Shown here: positions 20,997-30,980 of the stretch, in pieces
How the letters are laid out: each line of letters starts with the position of its first letter
Numbering within the stretch: position 1 is the first letter of the stretch
NCBI GenBank assembly: GCA_964586605.1
Contig: CAZPGX010000002.1
Coordinates: forward strand, 11,648-75,647
DNA: 64,000 bases
Direction of reading: 5' to 3'
Source: an uncultured Planctomycetia bacterium
GTDB lineage: Bacteria; Omnitrophota; Gorgyraeia; JAFGHF01
Translations under genes and position numbers: made by a program
Notes under the pieces: generated by a model
What the model was told of the DNA's origin: nothing
Database searches by the model: none
The model's input: only the letters and a program-made list of their open reading frames with translations

Positions 20997-21788
20997 TTAT
21001 TTCCTCCAAAGAATTATTTTGCGCGGGCAGGCCTTGATGCACTCACCGCAAGAGGTGCACTTATCATAATCGATTACGGCCAAATTATCAATTACTTTTA
21101 TCGCATCTACCGGACAGGCCTGCTCACATTTCTTACAGGCAATACAGCCGACTGCGCAAGCCTGGGCAACGGTCTTTGCCGGGTCATGAGATGTACAACC
21201 CACATACACTTTAGCCTTGGCGGGTATTAAAACCAACAAATTACGGGGACAGCTGGCAAGACACTGTCCGCAACTGGTGCAAAGCTCGCTATTAATTATA
21301 GGCAAGCCTTCGGGGCTCATTTTAATAGCGCCGAAAGGACAGGCCCTTAGACAATCGCCAAACCCCAAACAGGCATAATCGCAGAGTTTATACCCGCCTA
21401 AAACCTGCGCCGCAGCCCGACAACTCGCCGGGCCCTCGTAAATAAACCTATCCTTGGCCTTTTTGCCGCCGTGGCAACGCAGGCTAACGACCTCTTTTTC
21501 TTTTAAAGGCGCCTCCACGCCTAAAATCTTGGCTATCTCGGCAGCCTGTTCCTCAGAACAAATCTTGCAGGCCTGAAGAGGAAGTTCGCCGCGAATTAAA
21601 GACTCGCCAAAGCCTGCACACCCGGCCTTACCACAGGCACCGCAATTGGCTCCGGGAAGGTTCTCCAAAATCTTTTGTATCCGCGGGTCCTGCCTAACGG
21701 CAAACTTCTTTGAGGCAAGGGTGAGCACCAAGCCAAAGAAAAGACCCAGTCCTGTCAAGGTTAATATCGGCGCTAAGAATTGATTCAT
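20997..21788 (-). CDS. rnfB: Rnf complex subunit B
   Basis: LPGANCGACGKAGC, CLGFGDC, several ferredoxin CxxCxxCxxxCP motifs. Confidence 0.93.
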   Translation of the reverse strand: MNQFLAPILTLTGLGLFFGLVLTLASKKFAVRQDPRIQKILENLPGANCGACGKAGCAGFGESLIRGELPLQACKICSEEQAAEIAKILGVEAPLKEKEVVSLRCHGGKKAKDRFIYEGPASCRAAAQVLGGYKLCDYACLGFGDCLRACPFGAIKMSPEGLPIINSELCTSCGQCLASCPRNLLVLIPAKAKVYVGCTSHDPAKTVAQACAVGCIACKKCEQACPVDAIKVIDNLAVIDYDKCTSCGECIKACPRKIILWRK

Positions 21789-21797
21789 TCTCGACTC

Positions 21798-22406
21798 TTA
21801 AAATTTAAATCCGGCAAAACCCATAAAGGCCAAAGACATCAGCGATGCTACGATAAAGGCAACCGGCATTCCTTTCAGACTTTCAGGCACGTCCAGCAGT
21901 TCTAACCTTTCGCGGATGCCGGACATTAAAAGCATCGCCAGCATAAACCCAACCCCGGCGCAGAATCCCTGTAAAAGCGTACAGGAGAAACTTGTACTTA
22001 AAGACAACCCTCCCTTAAGAAACATATTCACATTTAATACCGTTACGCCGAGCACCGCGCAATTGGTGGTAATTAGAGGAAGATAGACGCCCAATGCGCG
22101 ATAAAGCGCAGGGTTGGTCTTTAAAATAATCATCTCCGCAAGCTGGACAAAAGAGGCAATTACCAGGATAAAGGAAATCGTCCTTAAAAATTCAATCTGA
22201 AAAGGCACAAGCAGGAAATTATAGATACACCAGGTAACCGTAGAGGAAAGCACCATTACAAAGATAACCGCAAGACCCATGCTTAGGGCCGGCCCGGTTC
22301 TTTTAGAGACACCGATAAACGGGCAGAGCCCCAAAAATTTAAACAGGATGAAGTTGTTGATAAAGATGTTGCCGATTATAATAGAGAGAAACAAACTCAA
22401 GTCCAT
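21798..22406 (-). CDS. rnfA: Rnf complex subunit A
   Basis: NNFILFKFLGLCPF, FILVIASFVQ, LGVYLPLITTNCAVLG. Confidence 0.95.
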   Translation of the reverse strand: MDLSLFLSIIIGNIFINNFILFKFLGLCPFIGVSKRTGPALSMGLAVIFVMVLSSTVTWCIYNFLLVPFQIEFLRTISFILVIASFVQLAEMIILKTNPALYRALGVYLPLITTNCAVLGVTVLNVNMFLKGGLSLSTSFSCTLLQGFCAGVGFMLAMLLMSGIRERLELLDVPESLKGMPVAFIVASLMSLAFMGFAGFKF

Positions 22407-22408
22407 TT

Positions 22409-22999
22409 TTACCTTTTCCTAAAAATCAAATTCGATAAACCGAGTAAAAGGCCTAATACAAGTAAGGCGCCGGGGGCTAGGGCCAGCGTTAAGGCCGGCT
22501 GGTAACCTTTAAATAGAACATAGCCGAACAATCTGCCTGCGCCGACGGCTTCGCGGATGGCCGAAATCAAAACTAAACCTATTGTAAAGCCTAAGCCCAT
22601 CCCCAGGGCGTCAAATAAAGAACTACCCACGGGATTGCGCGAGGCAAAGGCCTCGGCCCGGCACATAATAATGCAGTTGACCACAATCAAAGGCACGAAA
22701 ATCCCTAACTGTTTACTTAATGCGGGAAAATAGGCGGCCATTACTAATTCCACGATAGTTACAAAGGTAGCGATAATTACAATAAAGCAGGGGATTCTAA
22801 TCTTATGCGGAATGAACCCCCGGATGCTGGAGATGAGCAGATTAGAGCCAATTAGCACAAAGGTGGCGGCCGCGCCCATGCCTAAGCCGTTGATTGCAGA
22901 GGTAGAGACGGCTAGCGCCGGGCAAAGCCCCAGGGCCAGCCCGAAAATCGGGTTCTCTTTGTGGATGCCTTTAGTAAATTCCTGAAGCAATTTTTTCAC
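22409..22999 (-). CDS. rnfE: Rnf complex subunit E (true start probably GTG 22999, overlapping the rnfD stop)
   Basis: ENPIF..LGLCPALAVS, RIPCFIVIIATFV, PLIVVNCIIM.RAEAFA. Confidence 0.92.
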   Translation of the reverse strand: MKKLLQEFTKGIHKENPIFGLALGLCPALAVSTSAINGLGMGAAATFVLIGSNLLISSIRGFIPHKIRIPCFIVIIATFVTIVELVMAAYFPALSKQLGIFVPLIVVNCIIMCRAEAFASRNPVGSSLFDALGMGLGFTIGLVLISAIREAVGAGRLFGYVLFKGYQPALTLALAPGALLVLGLLLGLSNLIFRKR

Positions 23000-23925
23000 T
23001 TTACTCCAAATCTTCTTGGTTTTGTGTATCTGTCGATTAAGGGAGTAGCTGCGTTCATCAAAAGTATAGCATAGCAGACGCCTTCCGGATAGCCGCCCCA
23101 GAGGCGGATTACCGAAGTAAATAAACCGCAACCAAAGCCAAAAATAAACTTACCTTTATTAGTTAAAGGCGAGGTAACATAATCCGTAGCCATAAAGAAG
23201 GCGCCGAGGACAAGCCCGCCGGACAAAATCTGAAATAGCCACGGCCCGCTAAAGAAACCCTCTCCTCCAAAAATCCAACTAAACAGCGCAACTGTGGCAA
23301 TAAAAGAAAAAGGGATGCGCCAACTGATGCAGCCCATTATTAACAGGAATAAGGCGCCCGCTAAAAGTGCCAGGATGCAGACCTCGCCTAAAGAACCTGC
23401 GCGATTGCCGCTCAGCAAATCCCAATAGGAGACATCGGCAAAACCGCTGGCTAAAGGAGTGGCCGAACTTACGGCATCAACGGCAGTTTTGGGGCTAATC
23501 CAAGCGGTCATATGTGTGGGCCAGGCTGCCAGCAAAAAGGCCCTGCCTACAAGCGCGGGATTAAAGATGTTCTGGCCTAAGCCGCCAAAGGCCTGCTTGC
23601 CAACGGCAATAGCCACAAAAGAACCAACCGCTGCCAGCCATAAAGGAACGCCCGCGGGCAAGCAAAATGCCAAAAGAAGACCTGTAAGCGCTGCGCTGCC
23701 GTCAAAGACTGTTACATTTGTCCGGCGCAATTTTTGAATAACTGCTTCTGTTAATACGGCAGAAAGCACGCAAATTAGCATTACCCACAAAGAGGCAATT
23801 CCGAAAATGAGCACTGCGGCAGTTGCTGCGGGAAGTAAAGACAGAGTGACCGTCCACATTATCTTCGCAGAATTATCTCCAGAATAGATATGCGGCGATA
23901 CGGAAACAATGAGTTTATTGCTCAT
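22996..23925 (-). CDS. rnfD: Rnf complex subunit D
   Basis: SPHI, DGSAALTGLL, FGGLGQNIFNPAL, FMN site SATPL, FFMATDYVTSP, GGYPEGV. Confidence 0.95.
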   Translation of the reverse strand: MSNKLIVSVSPHIYSGDNSAKIMWTVTLSLLPAATAAVLIFGIASLWVMLICVLSAVLTEAVIQKLRRTNVTVFDGSAALTGLLLAFCLPAGVPLWLAAVGSFVAIAVGKQAFGGLGQNIFNPALVGRAFLLAAWPTHMTAWISPKTAVDAVSSATPLASGFADVSYWDLLSGNRAGSLGEVCILALLAGALFLLIMGCISWRIPFSFIATVALFSWIFGGEGFFSGPWLFQILSGGLVLGAFFMATDYVTSPLTNKGKFIFGFGCGLFTSVIRLWGGYPEGVCYAILLMNAATPLIDRYTKPRRFGVK

Positions 23926-24511
23926 ATCCTAAGACCTCTTTTGCTTTTTTGCACACAGAATCAATCAGGCCCTGGGATGAAATAGTTGCGCCGGTAATAG
24001 CCTGGATATCCTCGCTAATCTTTTTACCTTTAAACCGGGCGCAAAACCAGGGCTCATCCGCTGATTTGGGGTATTTCTTTTCCCGCGAGAAAACCGCTTT
24101 TATCGCCTCCCAGAGGCTCTCCCTGACCAGGACCTCGGAAATCCTGGCCCCCAGGCCCGGGGTCTCGTTCTGCGCCAATATCCTTACCCCCGTAATCCCG
24201 CCCTCTCTATCCATCCCGGCCATGGCCTCAATCACACTTGAATATCCTTGGGCCTCTGTCCTGAAGGCATAACCTAGCAGGTCTTCTTTATCCGAAGACC
24301 TGTAGGCCCTAAAATAAATAATCTTGTTGTTTTCAACGATAGGCTCAAAATATCCTGCCTTAGGGCAGACCTCTTTTAAGGCCTGCCTCTCTTCGTGTGT
24401 CTTTTGTTCCAAGATTTTAGAACGCGTGAGAAAATAAACGCCGCTAAGCAAAGAGGCCATCACCATGCAGATCAGGGATAAGGTCAATATATATCTTAAG
24501 CTTTCACGCAT
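23915..24511 (-). CDS. rnfG: Rnf complex subunit G (FMN-binding)
   Basis: N-terminal TM helix, ETPGLG, ITGATISS. Confidence 0.93.
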   Translation of the reverse strand: MRESLRYILTLSLICMVMASLLSGVYFLTRSKILEQKTHEERQALKEVCPKAGYFEPIVENNKIIYFRAYRSSDKEDLLGYAFRTEAQGYSSVIEAMAGMDREGGITGVRILAQNETPGLGARISEVLVRESLWEAIKAVFSREKKYPKSADEPWFCARFKGKKISEDIQAITGATISSQGLIDSVCKKAKEVLGYEQ

Positions 24512-24512
24512 T

Positions 24513-25805
24513 TTATTTTTTCAGTTTTTCTTTGGCTAGTTTAACCAAAGCAACAATATTTCGATTGCCCGGGCAGACATAACTACAGATGCCGCATTCA
24601 ATGCAGTCTAAGACATGCTCTTCTTGGGCTAAATCAAACCTTCCCTTCTCTATTGCCTGGGCGATTGCCGAAGGATTAAGCCCCATCGGGCAAACCTGAA
24701 GGCACTTTCCGCAGCGAATACAGGGCTGAGAAGCGAAGGGTCTAACCTCTTTTCGGCTGAAAACAATTATTCCCGATGTGCCTTTAATTACCGGCACATC
24801 AAGCGCGTACTGGGCAATGCCCATCATCGGCCCGCCGAGAATTACCTTAGCCGGCTCTTCCGTTAAACCACCGCAGGCATCAATAATGTCTTTTACTTTG
24901 CTTCCGATTCTAACTCTAAGGTTACCGGGATTCCTGATAATGCTCCCGCTTACGCTAATTATCCTTTCATATAAAGGCTTATTTTTATACACGGCCTCAT
25001 AAACGGCAAAACATGTAGCCACATTATTAACCACCAGGCCCACATCAAAAGGAAGCCCTCCGGGCGGAACCTCACGATTTAAAATTGCCTTAATCATCTG
25101 TTTTTCCGCACCTTGCGGATAAAATGACTTCAGGACGGCCAATTTTATTTTTTGACCATCGGTTAATTTTTTGAATAGCCCTATGGCATCGGGCTTATTT
25201 TCTTCAATGGCTACAATGCCCTGCGATACCCCTAAAGCCTTCATCGCTACCTTCATTCCGGCAATAATTTCATTTGCCTTCTCCAACATTAGCCTGTGGT
25301 CGGCGGTTAGATATGGCTCGCACTCTGCGCCGTTTACAATAAAGGTGTCCAGGGGTTTTTCTTTGGGGGGGGATAATTTTACATGGGTAGGAAAGGCCGC
25401 TCCGCCTAAGCCGACAATGCCGCAGCTGCGGATAATCTTTTTTAGCCCATCCGCAGAAAGAGAATCAACATCCTCTCTATCCTTGATCGCGCTATCCAAC
25501 AAGCCCCGGCCATCGGATTTAATTACAATGGCCTGGTACTGGCCAAAAAGCGGATGGGGCCTGGCTTCAATTGCCGCAACCTCCCCGGAAATCGAAGAAT
25601 GGACCGGAGCAGATACATAGACATCGGCCCCAGCAACCAATGTGCCTGCTCTTACTTTATCCCCTACTGAGACCTTGGCCCGAGCAGGCGCTCCTGTGTG
25701 CTGTGATAAAGGCAGGATTACCTCATTTGGCATGGGTATTTCCTTTATCGGCAGGCCCTGGGTGGATTCTTTGAAATCAGGCGGGTGAAGTACTCTCTTT
25801 AGCAT
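24513..25805 (-). CDS. rnfC: Rnf complex subunit C
   Basis: QHTGAP, GLGGAAFPTHVK, NGAECEPYLTAD, YPQGAEK, GGPMMG, CIRCGKC, CIECGICSYVCP. Confidence 0.96.
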   Translation of the reverse strand: MLKRVLHPPDFKESTQGLPIKEIPMPNEVILPLSQHTGAPARAKVSVGDKVRAGTLVAGADVYVSAPVHSSISGEVAAIEARPHPLFGQYQAIVIKSDGRGLLDSAIKDREDVDSLSADGLKKIIRSCGIVGLGGAAFPTHVKLSPPKEKPLDTFIVNGAECEPYLTADHRLMLEKANEIIAGMKVAMKALGVSQGIVAIEENKPDAIGLFKKLTDGQKIKLAVLKSFYPQGAEKQMIKAILNREVPPGGLPFDVGLVVNNVATCFAVYEAVYKNKPLYERIISVSGSIIRNPGNLRVRIGSKVKDIIDACGGLTEEPAKVILGGPMMGIAQYALDVPVIKGTSGIIVFSRKEVRPFASQPCIRCGKCLQVCPMGLNPSAIAQAIEKGRFDLAQEEHVLDCIECGICSYVCPGNRNIVALVKLAKEKLKK

Positions 25806-25822
25806 TATTTATAGGCTGTTCC

Positions 25823-26773
25823 TTAAACCTTTGCCAGTTTTTTCAGCACCAGGCTTATTGCCCCTAAATCGCCTACTGCATCTTTTAATTTTGCCGGGAC
25901 AATTTTGCAGGCGCGATAGGGCCGGGGCCAGCTGAATTTGCGCACGGTATTACGTAAGGGCTTAAAAAGTATCGACCCGGCCTTGGATACGCCGCCGCCG
26001 ATAACAATCATCTCCGGATTAATCGTGTGGATAACATTGGTTACGCTTAAGCCCAGATAAAAAGCGGCTTGGCGATAAATTTGCCGCGCCAGTCTATCCC
26101 CTTTTCGAGCAGCTCGGGCAACAATCTCGGCGTCAATCTTTTTCTTGTTTTTGGCCAATTTTAAAATTAAAGAGCCTTCCGTCACTTTTTTTCTGGCAAT
26201 CCTGGCAATGGAAGTGCCGCTGGCCAAGGCCTCAAGACAGCCGCGTTTTCCGCAGTTACATCTGGGGCCATCCGGCACTATTACGGAATGGCCGATCTCT
26301 CCGGCATCGGAACTGGCCCCATGATAAATATCTCCGTTGATAATTAGACCGCCGCCAATTCCGGTGCTTACTGTATAGTAGAAAAGGTCTCTCACCGTCT
26401 TGCCGGCACCGAAGGTCTTCTCGCCCAAGGCAGCGCAATTGGCGTCATTATCCACAAATACCGGCAGAGCAAAGCTTGAGGCAAAGATTCTCTTCAAAGG
26501 GACATTGCGCCAGGCGGGCATATTCGGAGGTTTGATTAAGACGCCCTTCTTCAAGTCCATGGGCCCGGGGCCGGTTATGCCGATACCTCTAGTTCTCTTA
26601 AGGCCCTGATCGTATCTTTTAAGATAGGTCCGGATAATGCGTTTGAGCTGGCTAAGGGTAGAGCGCACCCCTTCGCTGGGCAAAACTGTGCGGATGATGA
26701 TTTTTCCCTGCGCGTTGCCCAAAGACACAGAGGTCTTTGTCCCGCCTATATCTATACCTATAATATAAAACAA
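25823..26773 (-). CDS. ROK-family sugar kinase (glucokinase-like)
   Basis: GIDIGGTK, DNDANCAALGE, STGIGGG, GEIGH, CNCGKRGCLEA. Confidence 0.92.
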   Translation of the reverse strand: MFYIIGIDIGGTKTSVSLGNAQGKIIIRTVLPSEGVRSTLSQLKRIIRTYLKRYDQGLKRTRGIGITGPGPMDLKKGVLIKPPNMPAWRNVPLKRIFASSFALPVFVDNDANCAALGEKTFGAGKTVRDLFYYTVSTGIGGGLIINGDIYHGASSDAGEIGHSVIVPDGPRCNCGKRGCLEALASGTSIARIARKKVTEGSLILKLAKNKKKIDAEIVARAARKGDRLARQIYRQAAFYLGLSVTNVIHTINPEMIVIGGGVSKAGSILFKPLRNTVRKFSWPRPYRACKIVPAKLKDAVGDLGAISLVLKKLAKV

Positions 26774-26775
26774 GA

Positions 26776-26982
26776 CTACACTCCTTTCCGATTATATAGC
26801 TTGATGAAATTTTCGATGCTGCGGTCGTAGGTCTTCTCTACATCAGCGGGGAAAAGACAGGCGGGCAGTTCTCCTTGCTGCCAATGGTACCTTATACACT
26901 CACAGCACATACCCTTCCTGGAGCAAGGCTCATAAGTGCAATTGCAATTCTGCTTGTTTTGCTCGAGCTTACATTCCGGCAT
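26776..26982 (-). CDS. Small Cys-rich protein (DUF6485-like)
   Basis: [33 protein letters not shown]; preceded by an AAAGGAG SD. Confidence 0.7.
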   Translation of the reverse strand: MPECKLEQNKQNCNCTYEPCSRKGMCCECIRYHWQQGELPACLFPADVEKTYDRSIENFIKLYNRKGV

Positions 26983-26995
26983 AGGGATATCTCCT

Positions 26996-27775
26996 TTATT
27001 CCAACACCTTGCCTCGGCGAAGCATAGTCTCCTTTGCGCTAATAGAGCGCACCTTTTTTCGTTTTACAGTATAAAGCGAAATCACATTCATCCCGCGGAA
27101 ATACCCTTTTATCACCGAAATAGCTTTTCGTGAAAGCGGCCTAACCAAGCTAGGCCTTAAGGGCGTATTGAGCTGAATTTCATCGGCTTGAATCTGCCTG
27201 GCTAATTTGGCTATATTTTTGGCCTCATCTTTATTTTGCGGCATAAACATCAACTGTAGCGCTAATTTTCCGTGGTACACTTTTCTAAATTGCTTAATAC
27301 CTTTTAAAATAGCGGGAAACACTATTTTCTTCGCCGGATGATTTATTAGCCTTAAGAATTTCTGCGAGCCGGCGTCCAATTTAAGCGCTACCAAATCCGC
27401 CAGAGCCAACTCTTGCCTTACATCTTGGCGATACAACAAACTTGAATTGGTTAATACCGCTACCGGCTCTTTGCGCAACCTTTTCACTGCCCTGATGGCC
27501 TCGCCTAAATTCCTGGCTAAAGTGGGCTCGCCGCGCCCCGAGAAGGTAATATAATCTATATGGACTCTGGGAAGCATCTTTATTTCTTTGAGGACCTCTC
27601 TGGTAGGAACGTACAATTTTCTTTTGGTCGTATAGGCCTTGGTCGGGCCCAGCTGGCAATAGATGCAATCAAATGTGCAAACCTTCTCTTCTTGCGAAAG
27701 CAAATCTATCCCTAAAGAGCTGCCCAATCTCCACGAAGGCACCGGGCCATAGATATATTTAAAGTTCTTTCTCAT
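26996..27775 (-). CDS. Radical SAM protein (COG0731-like)
   Basis: [42 protein letters not shown]. Confidence 0.85.
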   Translation of the reverse strand: MRKNFKYIYGPVPSWRLGSSLGIDLLSQEEKVCTFDCIYCQLGPTKAYTTKRKLYVPTREVLKEIKMLPRVHIDYITFSGRGEPTLARNLGEAIRAVKRLRKEPVAVLTNSSLLYRQDVRQELALADLVALKLDAGSQKFLRLINHPAKKIVFPAILKGIKQFRKVYHGKLALQLMFMPQNKDEAKNIAKLARQIQADEIQLNTPLRPSLVRPLSRKAISVIKGYFRGMNVISLYTVKRKKVRSISAKETMLRRGKVLE

Positions 27776-27783
27776 ACGAGATT

Positions 27784-27812
27784 ATTGTATGCTAAATTGC
27801 GCTTATTTTCAA
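27784..27812 (-). promoter_or_regulatory. Promoter of the radical SAM-ROK-rnf operon (near-leaderless)
   Basis: TTGAAA-17 nt-TACAAT, 8 nt before ATG 27775. Confidence 0.55.
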
Positions 27813-27838
27813 TCAAAAAATAAGGGATGGAAGATACT

Positions 27839-28435
27839 TTAATCTAAAGCGAAAACTATGGCAACTTCCATTGTTACGAAGTCTTGATTTATTTTTGCAG
27901 GAATTGACGGGAAAGGGTTGGCCCTTTGGATGGTGGCAACTGCCTCTTCATCAAGGATGTTAGAACCAGAGCGAGAAATAATTCTGATATCTTTGCTTAA
28001 ACCATTGGACAAAACCTGAAAGTTTAAATGAACCGTTCCTTCTACTCCCTGGCGTTTTGCGAAGGCCGGATACCTCCTTACTTCTTCTATCCTTTGCTTT
28101 ACCATATCCTGATAGCGAAACATTGCCTCTTCGGCTGGGTCGATTAGTTGGGTATTACTTATGCCTAATTGTTCATCAGTCTCTCCATCTGGCCTCTCAC
28201 AATTTGCCATTTGCAATTTGCCATTTGCCAACTTTTTCTCTTCTCCTAAAACATCTATCTTGGGCAAAAGGAGAGGTTTCTCCATCTTTATATAAACTAT
28301 TTCTAACTCCTTACGATTTTCCTCTATCGGGAGATTGGAGCTTAAATTAAAAGACGTACCTAAAAATAACAGATGCCCTGTCAAAGATAAAAGAAAAGTA
28401 ATCCTCATTATTTTATCCTTAAACATATTATTCAT
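27839..28435 (-). CDS. tonB: TonB-family energy transducer (start about 28435 or 28426)
   Basis: TM segment with SLTGH; C-terminal YPAFAKRQGVEGTV..SGSNILDEEA..PFP. Directly downstream of btuB. Confidence 0.8.
   Translation of the reverse strand: MNNMFKDKIMRITFLLSLTGHLLFLGTSFNLSSNLPIEENRKELEIVYIKMEKPLLLPKIDVLGEEKKLANGKLQMANCERPDGETDEQLGISNTQLIDPAEEAMFRYQDMVKQRIEEVRRYPAFAKRQGVEGTVHLNFQVLSNGLSKDIRIISRSGSNILDEEAVATIQRANPFPSIPAKINQDFVTMEVAIVFALD
28201..28228. repeat. Heptamer array (MATTTGC)x4 inside tonB
   Basis: AATTTGC CATTTGC AATTTGC CATTTGC; encodes ANGKLQMAN. Confidence 0.8.
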
Positions 28436-28484
28436 TCTTTTCCATCCCCCCACTATCACTTCGTAAGTGATAGTGGTTAAGCGC

Positions 28485-30350
28485 TTAAAAAGTTGCTTTA
28501 GCTCCTCCGTAGAAAGATGCTCCCGGATTAGCATATCCGCGAACTTGTTGAAATTTCTTGTCAAAGAGGTTTTCTATTCTTCCGAAAATCTGAAAAGTCT
28601 CTGTTAAATTATAAGAGGCGCAAAGATCAACCTTGGTGTATGCCTTTGCCTTCAGGGTATTTGCACTATTATCCCAGCGAGAGCCGATATAGCTTGTTGT
28701 TAGATTAACATTCCCTTTTTCAAGAAATGTCCAGTTCAAATCAACACCTGCTTGTTTCCTTGGCCTCCTAGCTAATTTTTTACCTGTGTCTTTATCTTCT
28801 GTCTTGGTGTAGGTGTAATTTGCCCCGATTGTCAGCACTTCTATTGGTTTGAAAGAACACTCTAATTCAACACCTTTCGTTTCTGCATTGTCAATATTTC
28901 TATAACTGCCTGAACTATAGGCAATCATATTCTTAAAATCATTATGAAAGTAGGTTAGGTCAAAAGAAATCTTGTCATTCCAAAAACGCTGCCCAAATCC
29001 GAAGTCGTAACTTTTGCTCTCATCAGGAGCAAGGGCTGTGTCCCCATAACTTGGATGATAGAGTTGGTATAAAGAAGGGGCCTTAAATCCGGTGCCCCAA
29101 TTGCCTTTAAGGCGGGTTCTCGTTTGCAGGATAAGATAAGCCGTGGATACTTTATAGAGGGTCTCGGTGCCAAAAAGCTCGTGCTCATCTACTCTTAAAC
29201 CAGGGGTAATGTATAAACTTTCCCAAAGTCTGAATTGATTTTGGAAATAGCAACCTCCGTTATCCACTGTCTTCCTATCAAGTCTGTTTGTTGAAGCACG
29301 GCCGTCACCAAAGCCTCTTTCCTGCTCATATTCAAAACCACAAGTCAACGTAGACCAATCAACTGGGTAAACATTGTGCTGCCATTCGAGTTTCTTCATC
29401 TCGCCCTTAAACCAGTTGTGTGTATTATCTGCTGTGTCCACAGAATCAGGCTCATCCTTATATTTTCTTCTGGTTTGCGAGTAAGAAAATGAAAACCTGT
29501 GGTCCCAGAATGAGTTTATGGCTTGGTCGAAGGCAATTTTTCCCGCTATATTTCTCCACCACCCCACTTTATTTGGGTCATCCTGATAAGCCCTGTTATC
29601 ATAATCATATTCGGCATCTGTGAAGCGCAAAGCAAAATCAAGATTGGCATCCTCAAGGATTTCATAGCCTAAACGAGTTGAGAATGTGATGTTTTCATAA
29701 CCGTCGTCCTCTGAGGTATCGGCAGTCTGCGATACCCCATCGCTATCCAGGCGTAGCAATGAGAAGGAAAAGTTTAGTTTATCCTCTGAGCCGCTCAAAG
29801 CCAATGTCTCTTTAAAAGTATTATCAGAGCCCCCCTCAAATAATGCTTCCCATTTTGGTTTACCCTTACCTTTTTTGGTAATAATATTGATGACTCCGCC
29901 TATAGCATCTGAGCCATAAAGGGTAGATTGAGGGCCGCGCACAACCTCAATGCGTTCAATATTATCAATGAGCAAATGAGCAAAGCCGTAGTCAAAAGAC
30001 CTATCGGCTTTCATTGGGTCGTTTAGCTCAATACCGTCAATTAAAACCAAAGTATGACCTGATTTTGAGCCTCGGAGATAAACAGAGGTTAATCCGCCAA
30101 ATGCCCCACTCTGTGCAACAGATACTCCCGGAACATCACGCAATACTTCCAGGACGGTTCTTTTGCCCTTCTTTTTTAACTCCTCAGCCGTGATTACTGT
30201 AGTTGAACTTCCCACTTCCGCCTGATACTGTTCTGTCTTTGTAGCAGCAACAATTACTTCTCCAAGATTATATTTTACTTCTTCGGCGCAAATGTTTCTG
30301 TTTATTAACAGCGTAAACATTCCTATTAAAATTATATTTTTCTTTCTCAC
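28485..30350 (-). CDS. btuB: TonB-dependent cobalamin receptor
   Basis: Plug motifs LRDVPGV, TLVLIDG, IERIEVVRGPQSTLYGSDAIGGVINIITK; GTGFKAPSLYQL, ENLFD, terminal F. Downstream of a cobalamin riboswitch. Confidence 0.9.
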   Translation of the reverse strand: MRKKNIILIGMFTLLINRNICAEEVKYNLGEVIVAATKTEQYQAEVGSSTTVITAEELKKKGKRTVLEVLRDVPGVSVAQSGAFGGLTSVYLRGSKSGHTLVLIDGIELNDPMKADRSFDYGFAHLLIDNIERIEVVRGPQSTLYGSDAIGGVINIITKKGKGKPKWEALFEGGSDNTFKETLALSGSEDKLNFSFSLLRLDSDGVSQTADTSEDDGYENITFSTRLGYEILEDANLDFALRFTDAEYDYDNRAYQDDPNKVGWWRNIAGKIAFDQAINSFWDHRFSFSYSQTRRKYKDEPDSVDTADNTHNWFKGEMKKLEWQHNVYPVDWSTLTCGFEYEQERGFGDGRASTNRLDRKTVDNGGCYFQNQFRLWESLYITPGLRVDEHELFGTETLYKVSTAYLILQTRTRLKGNWGTGFKAPSLYQLYHPSYGDTALAPDESKSYDFGFGQRFWNDKISFDLTYFHNDFKNMIAYSSGSYRNIDNAETKGVELECSFKPIEVLTIGANYTYTKTEDKDTGKKLARRPRKQAGVDLNWTFLEKGNVNLTTSYIGSRWDNSANTLKAKAYTKVDLCASYNLTETFQIFGRIENLFDKKFQQVRGYANPGASFYGGAKATF

Positions 30351-30374
30351 TTTCTCCTCCCTCGAGAATATTTA

Positions 30375-30400
30375 CCCACCGAAGCTTTAGCGAAGGTGGG
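30375..30400. repeat. Short imperfect palindrome in the btuB leader
   Basis: CCCACCGAAGCTTTAGCGAAGGTGGG; arms CCCACC/GGTGGG. Confidence 0.55.
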
Positions 30401-30407
30401 CTTCTCA

Positions 30408-30505
30408 GGATAGGCAATCGTCCGGGCTCCGCTGCATTTCGAAATGCAGCGATTACCGTTGCGGGGCAGCGGAAGGAATCACACCTTCACTTCCTTTGCC
30501 TATCC
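30408..30505 (-). promoter_or_regulatory. Cobalamin riboswitch (compact) upstream of btuB
   Basis: P1 GGATAGGCAA/TTGCCTATCC, AGGAA, GGTGTGATTCC, CTGCCCCGCAACGGTAA, B12 box GAGCCCGGACGATTGCC. Confidence 0.85.
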
Positions 30506-30522
30506 GGAAAACAAACTATAAG

Positions 30523-30966
30523 TTACTCCCGATAAAATGAAATTTCTCCATCTACTTTTTTAGAACAAACGTCTTGCTTATACACCCATTTTATATGCTC
30601 CATATCATTATTAAGCACATTTGAATAAGCTATTTTATCTGCTGACTCGCCATCTACTGTATAATACCATGCCATCTCTCCACGTTTACCCTCAACCCCG
30701 TCAATGGAAGTAACAATAACATATTGACCAACAGGATGGGTTTCTACCGTTGCAACAGTCTGTAACGCTTCAAGAACAGTTCTGTCTTTTACCCAAGGAA
30801 CTTCAACTGTTCGAGATGGACAAACATTCCAATAATCAATTTCCACAACAATACTTTTGTTGTTTTCATTAGCATATGAAGTTCGATTGCCCACCCATGA
30901 TTCTAATATAGTCACTGATGAAATACATAAAGCAACTACAACAACAAATCTGGCTATTCTATCCAT
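30523..30966 (-). CDS. DUF4430 / transcobalamin C-terminal-like secreted protein
   Basis: N-terminal signal/TM, TVLEAL, VTSIDGV, WYYTVDG; lies inside the B12 operon. Confidence 0.7.
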   Translation of the reverse strand: MDRIARFVVVVALCISSVTILESWVGNRTSYANENNKSIVVEIDYWNVCPSRTVEVPWVKDRTVLEALQTVATVETHPVGQYVIVTSIDGVEGKRGEMAWYYTVDGESADKIAYSNVLNNDMEHIKWVYKQDVCSKKVDGEISFYRE

Positions 30967-30980
30967 CTAACTCCTCCTTT

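Noticed and set aside
23000-23131. Long N-terminus of the rnfE ORF
   Set aside because: It overlaps rnfD in another frame; RnfE similarity starts at GTG 22999.
28436-28564. Long N-terminus of the tonB ORF
   Set aside because: It overlaps the btuB 3' end and the intergenic hairpin; the TM anchor begins after 28435.
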